Part shown: piece by piece, positions 13,181 through 25,131 of the stretch | Layout: every line of letters begins with the position of its first letter | How positions within the stretch are numbered: the stretch's first letter is position 1 | Source: Curvularia clavata | Lineage: Eukaryota | Assembly: GCA_023920165.1 (NCBI GenBank) | Contig: CP089277.1 | Span: 2,914,001-2,978,000 of the forward strand | DNA: 64,000 nucleotides | Direction: 5' to 3' | Notes under the pieces: model-generated | What the model was told of the DNA's origin: nothing | The model's input: the letters and a program-made list of their open reading frames with translations, nothing else | Databases searched by the model: none | Translations under genes and position numbers: made by a program

Positions 13181-16100
13181 ATGGGTTTTGATACAGACAG
13201 ACCTCCTCTTCCGGCTCCTACTGAATCTTCGACTCTCGATTCCGCAGACGAATCCATCCACATTGACGACATTGACACCAACGTTTCCACAAACGTTTCC
13301 AACCGCACCGACAGAACCTCGTACTCTGTTCCCGACGACGGCACCCCCATTACCATCAACACCACCACCCCTACCAAGCCCCACGGCGGCCGCGCCCTCC
13401 GCAAAAAGTATCCCTCGCAGACATCGCTGCTGATTGAGTACTTTGACGTAGGCACCTCCGAAGGACCCGACCAGAGGCGCTCAAGCGTACGCGTACGGGT
13501 CACGCCTTCCTCTCGCAAGTCCAACAAGACCCCCGCCAACGATCGCATTTCGATCTCCCAAGCCACTCGCAACCATCGTAAGCCCTCCTCCACCCGGCGC
13601 ATCTCGCTCGGAAAGAAGTCCCGTGACGAGCTTATCGATACCCGCAGCGTTGATTTTTCCGACATCTCCTCCCTCCCGCCAGAGGACATCGAGCTACTGC
13701 CCAGCTTCACCGACCAAGACAGCGACGGCGGCCGCTTCATTCCCGTTCCCTCGGACATTTCGTCTATGCCCACAGACAGCATGACGGGCGCCACAGAAAT
13801 CCTCCCTCCAGCCCGGCGAAGGAGCCGGAGCTTGGAGCGTGATGAAGTCACCGACACGTTGGTTTCCGAGGCCATCAAAGACACGTTGAAGGCTCCCAGA
13901 GAACACCGAAGCAGGAGTCTCAGCAAAGACCGCATCACCCAGCGCGTAATGGAGAAGCTGCAACAACAGGCTGCCGAAGGTAACCTTTCCAAACCCAAAG
14001 AACGATCCTCAAAGTCAAGAGAAACCTCGAGACGGAGAGAAGACGACGTCTCCTCGCCGCGCAAGTCGCATCGAAGGAGGAGCAGAGACGTCGAGCGCGT
14101 CAGCGGCACTGACTCCAGTGTTCTGTCGTCAAACATCGACCGGCGCTCTGGCGTTTCTGGAACTTCTTCCATCAACAATCCAAAACTGCTGGCTACGGTT
14201 GAGGATGCTATTAAGCGCTTGATTCTTCCAGAATTAAATGCGTTGAAAGAGGAGAACCGCACATCACGGAACCTCGACAAGTTTGACCGTTCCAACCGCG
14301 ACAGCACAACTCTTTACGAGCCTGCTGAATCCACAAGCTCTCGCGACCCCAAGCGACGGGTGTCCAAATCATCCAGTGCACCCAAGCTTCACAGCAACAA
14401 GCCCAAGGTTGTTCTCAACAAAGATGGCGACGATATTCCAATCACCATAACCGGCGCATCCAGCCGCAAGAGTGAGCGACGATCCAGCCGAAGTTCCATC
14501 TCGAGCTTTGCAGAGTCGACTACTAGAGAGGAAAAGTCGCACCGGAGAAAGAGCAGGGACAAAGAGGGCATGTCCCAACGGGAATCTGCCCTGCTTGGGC
14601 TTGCGGGTGCTGGCCTTACCGCTGCGGCGCTAAGGCATCATACGTCCCGTGAAGAGAAGGAAGAAGAGCGTAAGCACAGAAAGCATCGTTCTTCCCGCAG
14701 CATTCGAAGCCAGTCAGAAAGCGTGTCGGAGAGTTTGCAAGAAGAAAAGCGTCCCAAAGAACTTGTTCCGCCGTTACCGTTCAACCACAGTGAGCTGATA
14801 GGCGGGTCTGAGCTCACCCGCGACTCAATCCTCTCTGCCGACACTGAGACCAAGGAGAGGCCACAGTCTAGGTCATCTACCAGCACAGGTATTACGGGTA
14901 CCGGTGCTGAAACACCTCTCAAGCAGGTCCCTCGTGGTATTGCTTCGCCTTCGCCTCTCACACCGAGTCGCACCCCCAACGCGCTCCAGCAGACTCTTGG
15001 CTCGGCCCAGAGCAACCGCTCTGCTGGGGATGTTCGACAGTCAACGCCCAAGAGCGAGCGCAGCTACACTTCCCGAGCAAAAGGATCCACCGATGCCGGC
15101 TTGTCAGCTGCTGCTGCGGCTGCCAAAATCCGTGCGATTGAGCAGTCTCAGCTTCCAACGTCACAGTATGAGATTGAGAGCGACACCCAGTCCGGACGCG
15201 GTGTCAGCCCGATTCAGAGCGAGGCCAGTTACCGGGGGGATGCCAATACTGGCTCTCCTCGAAGATTCCACTCCATTCGTAGTGGGCCATCGGTGTCATC
15301 GCTCGGTGATCATTTCGAACGGCGACAGTCTGGTCTTTCTATTGCCTCATTGGATTCGACAGCGAGCACAAAAGCGGCCCGAACTCGCAAGCGACCGCAG
15401 GGCGTCACGCTTGAAAGCAAGAAATCCATTCTCAACGAGCCAAGCACTCCTACCGACACCAAGGAGTTCTTCGAACGCAACCACAAGAAGAATGAGCAGT
15501 ACCGGCGTGAGCTGGAGGAGAGTCCTCTCACACCACCACCTGTGAACTACAACCGCCTGACCCAGTACACGGATGACAGCGTGGGAGGACCTGACCTCGA
15601 CCCAAAGCTAGATCAAGACGTTCGCAAGGTCGGATCGATTCCTGAATACATTCACACTCCACTCGCCGTGGAATCTGCCGTGGCCTCTCTGTACGACCAA
15701 ACTGAGCTCAGCGTCCGTTCGTCCAAGATGTCAAGCCCGGTGAAGAAGAGCACACTATCGCAGGTCAGCAACAACCCCGATTATATGCAGACGGAAGAAG
15801 TGCCCAGTGGCCAGAAATGGTCTTCTGTTCGTGAGAAGGCGGAGGCATTCTCACAAGGGCGTAAGGTCGAGAACTCGCCAAAGCAAAGCATTCCTCGTGA
15901 GAATTCTCCCAGGCAAAGCATCGCAGAATCTGAAAATGCCGAATCAATCAACGAACCACCTCGTATGCACCATAGCGCTATCCCAGGAGGCTACGATGAC
16001 ATGCCTGAGATTGGATACGGCATGGATGATGAGTCGGATGTGACAACCAATCCCTCAATCATCCAGGGACCCATCGGAGGAGGAAACGGCTACCGTGACC

Positions 16101-18483
16101 GGACCGATGAGCTGCTTGATATGCAAGAAGAGCGAGACCGCACACCTACCTCGTTCGCCAAGGGTGATCATCTTCAGAGGCACGACCAGCAAAGTCCAGC
16201 CTCTTTCGATGACGAACACCAAGCCACCGTAGAAGATGACTACGATCATCCCTATCCAGGTGAGAACCAATACGAGCAGGCAGGCTATGCGCAGAGTATT
16301 CGCACTCCTTTGTCAGGCCAGACCGGCTGGAAAGATGAGGGTTACCAGTCGGCTAACCAACCTGAAGGCTACACGCCTCAAAACGGCAAATACTCCAAGA
16401 TGTTTGATGATGGTTATGATGATGAGTATGATGCCATGGACCTCGGAGATGCAGAGGCGTTTGCTACACGAGCCAAGCATGACCGACATGTCAGCGGTAA
16501 CTCTCATGGCATGGATTCACCACTCTACGACGCAGCTACTGGCAAGGGCATTGACCACATCCAATCCAAGGATATTGTTGCGCTCATGGACCATCTTACT
16601 GTTCGCGATGCCCAGCGCAATGCTCGCGACACTGAGATTCTGGTGACGCTCGTTCGCAGCGCGGCTGAGATGCGTACCCAGTTGGACGACCTTAAGCAGT
16701 TCATCAAGGTTCAAGACAACATGATCATGAACACCACCGACAAGCGAGTCAATCTCGCCGAGCAAAGAATCTTGGGTGGTCCTCGCCCGCAGCCACTCAC
16801 ACCGCCCCGCGTCAACCGCAACCAGTCTGAAGAGGAGATTGAAACCAAGAAGAAGAGCGTCTTCAGGCGTGCCCTCAAGGGCCTGAGCGCTGGCAAGGGA
16901 GACGGCGATATCAAGCACATCGAGTCGATGCTTGTTCAGTTGCTTAGCGAAGTCGAGGGCTTGAAGCAAGTCAATCAGCTCAACCTGGATCAACAACAAG
17001 CTCGAACCAATAGCATGACCTCGTTTGAGAATCGTCGAGCAAGTGGCGATGCAGGCTACGAGCCAGAAGGTCGTGCCAACACTGCGTCCTCGCCAAACCA
17101 GTCGGGCTATTTCTCGATTCCTTCTCAATCACGTCGTGTCCAGGATCTCCACTCTGGTTATGACGTTGTCCCGACAACCCGTATCAGCACTGTGCGAGAA
17201 GAGAGCGACGAGGAGTATGAGGAACGCAGTCCTGGATACGAGAACACGGAGCGAATGACCACACCTACCCAGGAGGCTTTCCATGAGAAACGTGCATCTC
17301 TAGGAACCCCACCACAAGCCTCAAGGGCAGCACGGGACTCTTCACAGAGCCAGGAGGACACACCAAAGCGCAAGCACAAGTCCAACTCGTCATCAATTTT
17401 TGGAATCCCGAAGATTTCGCGATGGTCCAAGACTACTGCCTCGACGAACCCGGAGAGTCTGCCACGCCACAGCGGATCTGGAGACAAGCGACCTTACTCA
17501 ACTCATTCGGTCCACTCCAGATCGTCCTCACAGGATGACTACTATGACGACGAGGAGCCATATGAACAGCATGGCGACGACAGGCTTCGCTCCAACACGT
17601 CTCTTGCCAGAGATGACCAGGGCTCCATTCGCTCTGTGCGCTCTCCATCGCCCCTTATTCCAGAAGATACCCCGTACGAGATGGAAGACCCCAAGTACCA
17701 GGCTCACCGCAACTCGCTGAACCTGCAACACCCCCAGCCACGGCCTGGTCCTACTGGCCGCCACCAGAACAACCTGGAGACACAGGCACAAATCTTCCAG
17801 CCCATGCGCTTGAGTGTGGGTTCTCCCGACTTTGACCAGTGGGGCAGCATGCCGTCGCTTGCTCGCAACCGCCTTTCTGGCATGTCGGCTCCTCACGCCA
17901 GCAACCTCTCCCCAATTTCATCTGATGGCAGCTACAGCCAAGCCTCAGAGCACCAGGCGGGTCCACCTCGCCCACCCAAGATCATGGATGACGGGCCACT
18001 TGTGCCTCCACCACAGACCCTTGCTGGTTTCGGCCAGACGAGGCAAATGTACAGCTCTCCCAATGAGTTTGGCAGTCAAGGTGCCTTGACACCGCTCGCA
18101 CCCATTGCCGAGGTGCGCTATTCGCTCGAGACTGATAGGGGCCATCGCGTAAGTTGAGCTTGCACATCTCTACAGAGAGATGTATGCTAACATTACGCAA
18201 AAGATGACACCTACCGCTTCGCCTCGCGCGAGCACTTCGAGCCTCCGCACCATGAGCGACTTGAGTGCGCCCCAGCGCAAGGTCACTGGCCCCAGGCCCA
18301 TGGGCAGCAAGAGCCCACTGCCAAGCAGCCCGCTACAGCACTCGGATACCGTTGTCCGAAGGAAGCCCATTGCTGGTATGTTTGACCTTCAGGTGACATT
18401 AAAACGCAGTACTGATAAAAAGTGCAGATGATGAAGAGTCTCTAGAGAGCTACCGCAGCAGTCTCGACTCGGAGATTTTCTAG
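13181..18483 (+). CDS. Large (~1731 aa) Ser/Arg/Pro-rich fungal protein of unknown function
   Basis: 1658-codon ORF extended by introns 18149-18203 and 18376-18427 to TAG at 18481-18483. Mostly low complexity, with ordered-looking islands (YPSQTSLLIEYF; VEDAIKRLILPEL; DIVALMDHLTVRDAQRNARDTEILVTLVRSAAEMR). Confidence 0.88.
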
Positions 18484-19401
18484 GCGAATGATTGAATGCC
18501 CAAGTCACGCACGCAGTTGGCCAGAATGGCAAACAAGACACACGATTATGCTACCGAAGACGCTAATATAGAAGGCACCAAAAAATAGTTCTGTGTAACT
18601 TTTTCTTTTGGCTTGCTGAGGAGAGTGGAAAGGAGGAAAACTAATGGAATGGACGGGAAAAGGCTAGGCAATGAACTCAAGGTGATTTTGTTGCAAAACA
18701 AAAAAGTCCTGTTCACCACACGAAAAAAAATGAACCTTCCTTGGTTTATGTGTTTATTTATCATGTGTCCGGTCGTTTTTCTTGTTTTTCTCGGTTTTGT
18801 TCATTCATCTGAACATAATTATTTGATGTGCGCATGATATCATGTTTTGTTTTGTTTTTTGGAGGGAGCGATGTAGCAAGCGAAAGGGAACTCTCTTTCT
18901 GTCGTTTTTTTAAGGCGAAACATTATATAGCACGATAGAGGGCGTTTTTCTTCTTCTTTTCTCAATTCAAGCTTTTTGGATGAGGGAGAATGTAACGATC
19001 GCTTTTCATGGGCTTTAGTTTAGTTTAACGAGAGATGATGGTGTTTTTTGTTGGTGCTTTTGATCATGTGGATAGGAATAGGTGGGATGAATATATAGTG
19101 TTTTTTTTTTCATGCTGAGCTGATATGGCTTTCTTGGACAAAGTGATTGTGACAAATGTGATTGATGCCGTGTGTAGGATGAGGTACAGTCAATGACTGT
19201 TGCAATCTTGCTACAAATTAAATACATAGGAGTTCGCACCACGAACAGAATGACCGAGTCAACACATGCACACTCACATTCTTCCACATCAAGGCTTCGG
19301 AACCAAACAATCAAATAAGTAGTCAGAAAGATTTCATTACTTCATTAGCCACTTCTTTTACTCTCTAGCAGTGCTTTTTTTTTCACCAAAAATCAAACAC
19401 T

Positions 19402-19822
19402 CTAGTTCCTCACATTGCCCCTAACGGAATCATCCCCACCATGCCTCTCCGCAAACGCCTGATCCCTCTCCTCTGGTGCACCTACGCCTCCGTGCGCGAA
19501 ATCCACATCCTTGGTCGTCTGTCCGTTCGCCTTGATGGAGCCCCCTTCGTCAAGTGGAATCTCACGGCCAGTGGCGGCAGAGCCGTATTTGACTTGTGCG
19601 CCGGCGAACTTGTTTTCGACAGAGGTGTCGACGCCAGACTCAATGGCTAGAGGAGGTTAGTGTCTGGGTTGGGTGGGAACGTTTGGGGTGATATTAGGGG
19701 GAGGAAGGGAGGAAGGGGAGAAAAGACGTACTGGAGTCGCCGTGGGCGTGGCCATGCTTAGCACTGTGGCTGTTGAGGTCGCGCTCGGCTTGCTGGGCGA
19801 GCTCGTTGAGGTTGGTGGACAT
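19402..19822 (-). CDS. Small (111 aa) Gly-rich hydrophilic protein, hydrophilin/stress-protein-like
   Basis: Exons 19822-19732 and 19646-19402, intron GTACGT..CTAAC..TAG. Translation MSTNLNELAQQAERDLNSHSAKHGHAHGDSTIESGVDTSVENKFAGAQVKYGSAATGREIPLDEGG...HGGDDSVRGNVRN*. TATAAA about 140 bp upstream. Confidence 0.85.
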
Positions 19823-20384
19823 GATTGTGTTGTTGTATGTGTGTCTTTTGGGTTGGTTCGTTGGTTGTAGAAAGAAGAGGTTGGTATAAATGTGCTTTGA
19901 GTGTATTGGAAATGTGTTTTTTAGGTATGATGAGACAAAGAGAACTTCTAATAGTTGTCTTTATAAACAACACACCCATCGATCGCGTGCGATGATGCAT
20001 ACAATGATGCAAATTGGTGGGACCCTGCAATGATGTCAGAGCGACGACATAACAGCGGGCCGACACCTTGCGATCTTTTGCATATTAAGGAAAAAGTACT
20101 GCAACTCGGTCATGGATGGGATTGTATGGCGGGGAGAACCCGGGTCGTTTTATGCAGCCAGTGGGTAGTGTTGCTGTGATGGTCGTGTGCGCGTTGGGCT
20201 TGGTGGTGATGACATGGGACAACCAAGCCTACGGCTGGAGCTTTGCTCCTTTTTTGTGATGCTCACCGCATTCTGGCCTTGTGCTTAGGCACTTCCCAGT
20301 AAAGAGAATAATCCTAGTGCTATCATTAAGAGTTTAAGTATTTGATAATCTTTAATGCCTGATGACTCTTCCCACCGATGCTCT

Positions 20385-22008
20385 CACCCCTGTGACAAAA
20401 AAAGAGTCCGTTCCGACACCCCGACGCTATGCTGTTTTGGGTGACAACCCCATACAACCCAACATATTGATTATATATATCACTGTCGCAACACTTGAAG
20501 GCTGGTTTTAGAGCGCTTTTGAAGCCAAATATTTACATATTGATAGTAGTATAATCTAGTTTTTTAGTGTTGAGTTACCAAAGTCGTGTTTTGACTCGAA
20601 CTTCTGGATGCTGATAAGCTTTCTGCAGTCTCTTTGGCATCTCTTTAATCCGCCGCTGGACGTCGTCTTGACTAATATTTCTCCACTCTGCTTGTAGAGC
20701 AGCTTTGAGATCGCTTATAGTATTAATATTCCCAATATTTCATTTTACTCGTTCCTTAATTAGCTCCCAAAGACTCTCAATTGGGTTGAAGTCTGGTGAG
20801 TTAGCTGGGTGACGTAGTGTCTTGATGCCGTGATTTTCTCGATATCGCGACGGCACTGAGACTGGATTCTTAGTGCCATGACTTGGGTCGTTGTCTTCAA
20901 CAAGATACCAGTTATAACGATAATCTTGGTGGATGTGGGCGCGGAGTGAGTTACTCTGAGAGACCAGCGAGATGTAGGCGTCGCCATAGATTGGGAGGAT
21001 GTTTTTGGTGTAATATTCTGCCGTCATAGAGTTGCCCGGACGAGAAATAATTGGATTAAGAGCTTTCTAAGCCTCCCAGTCAGCCACCCGGGCTTGATAT
21101 ACATCGTCAGTCTCAGTCGTCAGACGACGTCGTGGTTTTGGTGGTGGTTTTTTAATCTCAACGTCGTCCATTTCATCATTATAAAAGACTAGATCGGCTT
21201 ATCTATTATAGTAATTCACCCAGGCAGCAAAGTGTACGTCAGTAGCTGTTCTTGAAGGAGTTGAGAGTATGTTTTTTGGAATGTTTCTTTCACCTTTAAT
21301 CCATAAAATATTCTGCTGCGGCAGCTCGCTCATCGACATATGAGCTTCGTCAGTAAATATTACTCCATCCCAGAAGCCATGGATAGGCTTAAGTCGATAT
21401 TTCTCGCAGTAATGACGACGCTGGGTGGCTTGGGCTAGAGTAATTCTTGTAGACGTAGCAGCTCGATAGACTCTAGCATTCATTCTCCAGAGACGGCGCT
21501 GGACAGTCCGCTTAGACGCTAATATACCTACTCGCGATATCTGATCTAAGAGTCTAGAAGATCGGACTTCTGGTGGAGCTTCAAGCATGGCATGTAACTG
21601 ATCGTCTGACACGACTGTTGGGCGTCCAGAGCCAGTGCTTCCAGTAATTTCTTGCTTATGGGCTCGAAGTTTAGATCGGGAGTCAGCAAGAGAGCCATAT
21701 AAATCGCGATCTCGAAGGTAGCGTCGGCCAGTCCTCTCGTTAATATTGAACTGTTTATATATGGAGCTTAGAGGTTCTGCACCGCGACGATCTACAGCTT
21801 CAAAAAACCGCGCCCGCTTTGGTGTATTGAGATGCGGCTTTGAAGAACGACAGCTACGAGTCTTAGGAGTCATGTGACGAAAAAAATCGTTTAAAAATGT
21901 TACATATTGATAGAGTTGTGGTGGTGCAAAGCTGTGGCGGGCAGGAGAAGCTAGCTTGGTGGTTGGGGGCCCGTGCTCGGGGCGGACACTTTTATTGTCA
22001 CAGGGGTG
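20385..22008 (-). mobile_element. Complete Tc1/mariner-superfamily DNA transposon (1624 bp)
   Basis: 26-bp imperfect TIRs: CACCCCTGTGACAAAAAAAGAGTCCG (20385-20410) and reverse complement CACCCCTGTGACAATAAAAGTGTCCG (21983-22008). Flanked on both sides by CTCT and encloses a DDE transposase frame. Confidence 0.93.
20575..21873 (-). pseudogene. DDE transposase pseudogene (433 codons, three in-frame stops)
   Basis: One continuous frame with HTH-like N-terminus, VIFTDEAH, LVEDNDPSH, SPDFNPIESLW and C-terminal ...LQAEWRNISQDDVQRRIKEMPKRL. Stops TAA 21199-21201, TAG 21067-21069, TGA 20740-20742. Confidence 0.92.
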
Positions 22009-22331
22009 CTCTCGAACGATCTGCTGACCTAATGCATGAGTGACATCCCATTGAACAAACAGTATCGTGACGCCAAGGTGTAGGTCTACTGTTATTCGAT
22101 TTAGAGGTAGATAAGCTGTTTCGATGCATTTGAGGGCAGAGCAGATTGTGATGAACGGATTGATCGATTGGGATGCAGATTACGCTCTAACAAACGCCAT
22201 GTGCAACTTTACTTCAACGACAATGAGAGCTTCATTTCGAACTGGAAAGTTTTCTCCTATATCTGAAAACAGTTTACAGCCATAAATTTTAATATTTGCA
22301 ATTGGACTAAGAGAATGATGTCAACTTCTTT

Positions 22332-24112
22332 TCATTGTCTAGCAAGTAGATCTTCTCGGTTGGGGTCGATCTGTTCATGAGGTGGATGTGTTTTACGCAT
22401 GTGCTTGAGCAAAGCATCCGATCGCACAAAGACGCGTCCACAATCCGCGCAAGTGATGTCCGTAGTCCCCAGGTGTTTTGCCCTCATATGTCTTTTCATG
22501 TTCCCTCTTCTGAATTTTCCAGTGAATTGCGCGGCGCAAAATGGGGATGGGCAACACAATGTGTGTGAACTAGATGAAATAGATCCGTCTTGCTCATTCG
22601 ATAGAGTGGAGACAGAAGAGCAAATTTCAGGAGGATGAGTTATTTGAGAGTCAGATAGGCGCCATGAAAGTACTCGGTTGTTTAGCATCTCGTTGCTCCC
22701 TTGTTCCATGGATTTCATTAATTCAGCGTATAGTGGATCTCTGGAGGAACCTTGGTAGTTTTGAGCAGGTGTGGAACCCTCTGGCTCGATGGAATTGTGT
22801 GTGCGAGATGGGGTTGTATCTGATATGAGGGAAAGTGTTGTTTCGGAGACCTGGGTACATGCGTCATGCGAACTTGCTTGAGCTGTATTTGGCTGTATTT
22901 GACTTTCAAATCCCCCGCTTTCCAAAGACCTTCGACTTATGATTCTCTGAGGCGCCCAGGGATCTTGATCGAAGACATTTGTCCAGGCGTGTTCGATTGC
23001 AGGCCATGCTTGTGGCACAGGAGTTTCGTTCAGCCTGTTGAACGCCAGCGATGAAGTCTACTAACATCGTGAATCAGATAGAAATTCGACTCTACACAGC
23101 TTGCACTTACGTGTTGTTGTTGGGTCTCTTGTTCTCTTTTGTCAGAGTCAGACTCAACAATGGATTGATGAGGAATAGCATCCTCTTGGTCCTGTTGAAT
23201 AGGCGGATCGACAGGAGACTCTACTACATCGTTGCCTAGCACCGATGGGACGGGGAGCCCGGCACTAGGTCCTGGTAGGGTGGAGTCGTCTTCGTTCTGA
23301 TCTTGGATGGTAATGTCATTATTACTTCTGTGGATTGGAAATAGAAAATATGACATACGTATTGGGAGATGTTGTGACCACATCGCTGCTTCCACTTGAT
23401 CGTACAGTAATTTCCACTGCACCTGCGCTTTGTCTCCTCTGCGGCCAGGCTTCGGGTTGTTGCAAAACTCTCCTTTGTAGCCATGTTGAGATTCAAACAC
23501 TCCCCTATCGATGAAATCCTCCTTACAGGTGGTGAAAAGTTCCAGAAACGATAACTGGCGTACATAACCACGGCCTGGTCGGGTTGTCAAGTGGCGCCGC
23601 ACATCTGCCATGTTTGCACCCTTGTAGTTATTACACGTACGTTGCCAACCATTTCGAATTTCTGCGACAAACACAGGACAGTCGAATCTGCGTCGATCGG
23701 AGGCCATGTTGGGAAGTTGATAGTTAAACCACCACAGATCCTGGTATATACCAGGCCATATTGTCTCCAGAGTCCACAGTTCAATTCCGATCCCCGTATA
23801 TAAAAATGAAATCGCCTGGTTCAAAAGCTATGAAAATTGCTCAGTACGGACAATAAGCGTGTCAATGGATGGGAACGTGTGTGCAAGAAAAGACACGTTC
23901 ATTTCACTTACGCTTGGAGGGTACGTGAAATATAACGATATATGCTCTTCGGATACGGGACTCTGGTTGGTATCATGAATGGCGTCGTGAAAGAAGCTTT
24001 GTGTGACACTTTGAACGACTGAACCGTCGTTTGTTGAAGCACTAGGCTCACCAGAGGACGAAGGACTAGGCTCATCGGGGGGCGAAGGATTTCGCTGGAT
24101 TGGGGGGGTCAT
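22332..24112 (-). CDS. C2H2 zinc-finger protein, 4 exons
   Basis: Introns 23911-23828, 23358-23302 and 23110-23058 join three track ORFs in frame. Two C-terminal fingers CPSPFC..KRHMRAKH and CADCGRVFVRSDALLKHMRKTH. Confidence 0.78.
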
Positions 24113-24322
24113 GGCAACACAAGGTTCCGGAACACAGCGAAGGACTCGTTCAAGGACAGGGGGACTCGCTCAAAGACAGAAGGACTCACCCAAAGACACA
24201 AGGAACTCTCTTTGGGGGGTAGGACGGCTCTTAAGTGTAAACCGGCTTATTTTGTCATTGGTTCATTCATCGCTTAGCGTGAGATTGGCTTGCATGAATG
24301 CAAGTTGTCAACTTGTAGATAT

Positions 24323-24421
24323 GCAGACTTGCAGACTTGCAGACTTGCGGACTTGCGGACTTGCGGGTTTGCTGATTTGCTGATTTGCCGGTTTGTGTAC
24401 TTGCGGGTTTGCTGATTTGCC
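24323..24421. repeat. Degenerate 8-bp-period minisatellite (GACTTGCA/GACTTGCG/GATTTGCT)
   Basis: gcagacttgcagacttgcagacttgcggacttgcggacttgcgggtttgctgatttgctgatttgc... Confidence 0.85.
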
Positions 24422-25131
24422 TTGTTGCCTAGAAACTGCTCTATGGATTCAAGAATGAAACGTATGACCCATAGAGAATGGGCTGAGGGGTGATTGTATG
24501 CTTGACTTGTAGAAAAATGCTACTGTTCTATTTGATGCCAGCTCAGCGAGCAGAAAAGTACGTCATCTGCGACATTGACGAGTTGCCACTTACACGTGGA
24601 TGTGGTTGGATGCTCACTTGCTGAATTGCATACTAACAGCTGGAAATCGGGGAGTTGAAGAGAAAATCAAGGCATATGTAAAGCGACATAATATTTTCTC
24701 AGAGTACATATGTCGAAGAGTTGAATATTATTGAAGTATGTTGGGGGGTAGAAAGGCTGAAGTGTACTTGGTCTGCGCCACCAAAGCCAAGCAGCCGCGG
24801 CCGACTCCTAACGGCTTCACAGTGGCAGTTTGCACAGTAAAAGGACCATATGGAAGCAAGGCTGTCTTCAAAACCACCATCAGAGGACGTGAAGGTTTAT
24901 TGCCAGTTTAGACCACTATCTTTACAATGCGTCGTGGATATTGTAGTTCCAGGTCTTTAAAATCGCCCCGCTGTTGACTTGAAAACATAGAGAGGAGACA
25001 ACACAACACAGGCTGAAACAGGAGTAATAACTAAGAACTATCGTGATGATGAGGCAATGATATAACTAGACTGGGTATCAACGCAATTCGTAAGCAGAAA
25101 AAAGTGTTGCGCCATTACGCACAGCTGAAGG

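Noticed and set aside
13159..14307. 382-aa minus-strand ORF
   Set aside because: Antisense shadow of the large S/R-rich gene.
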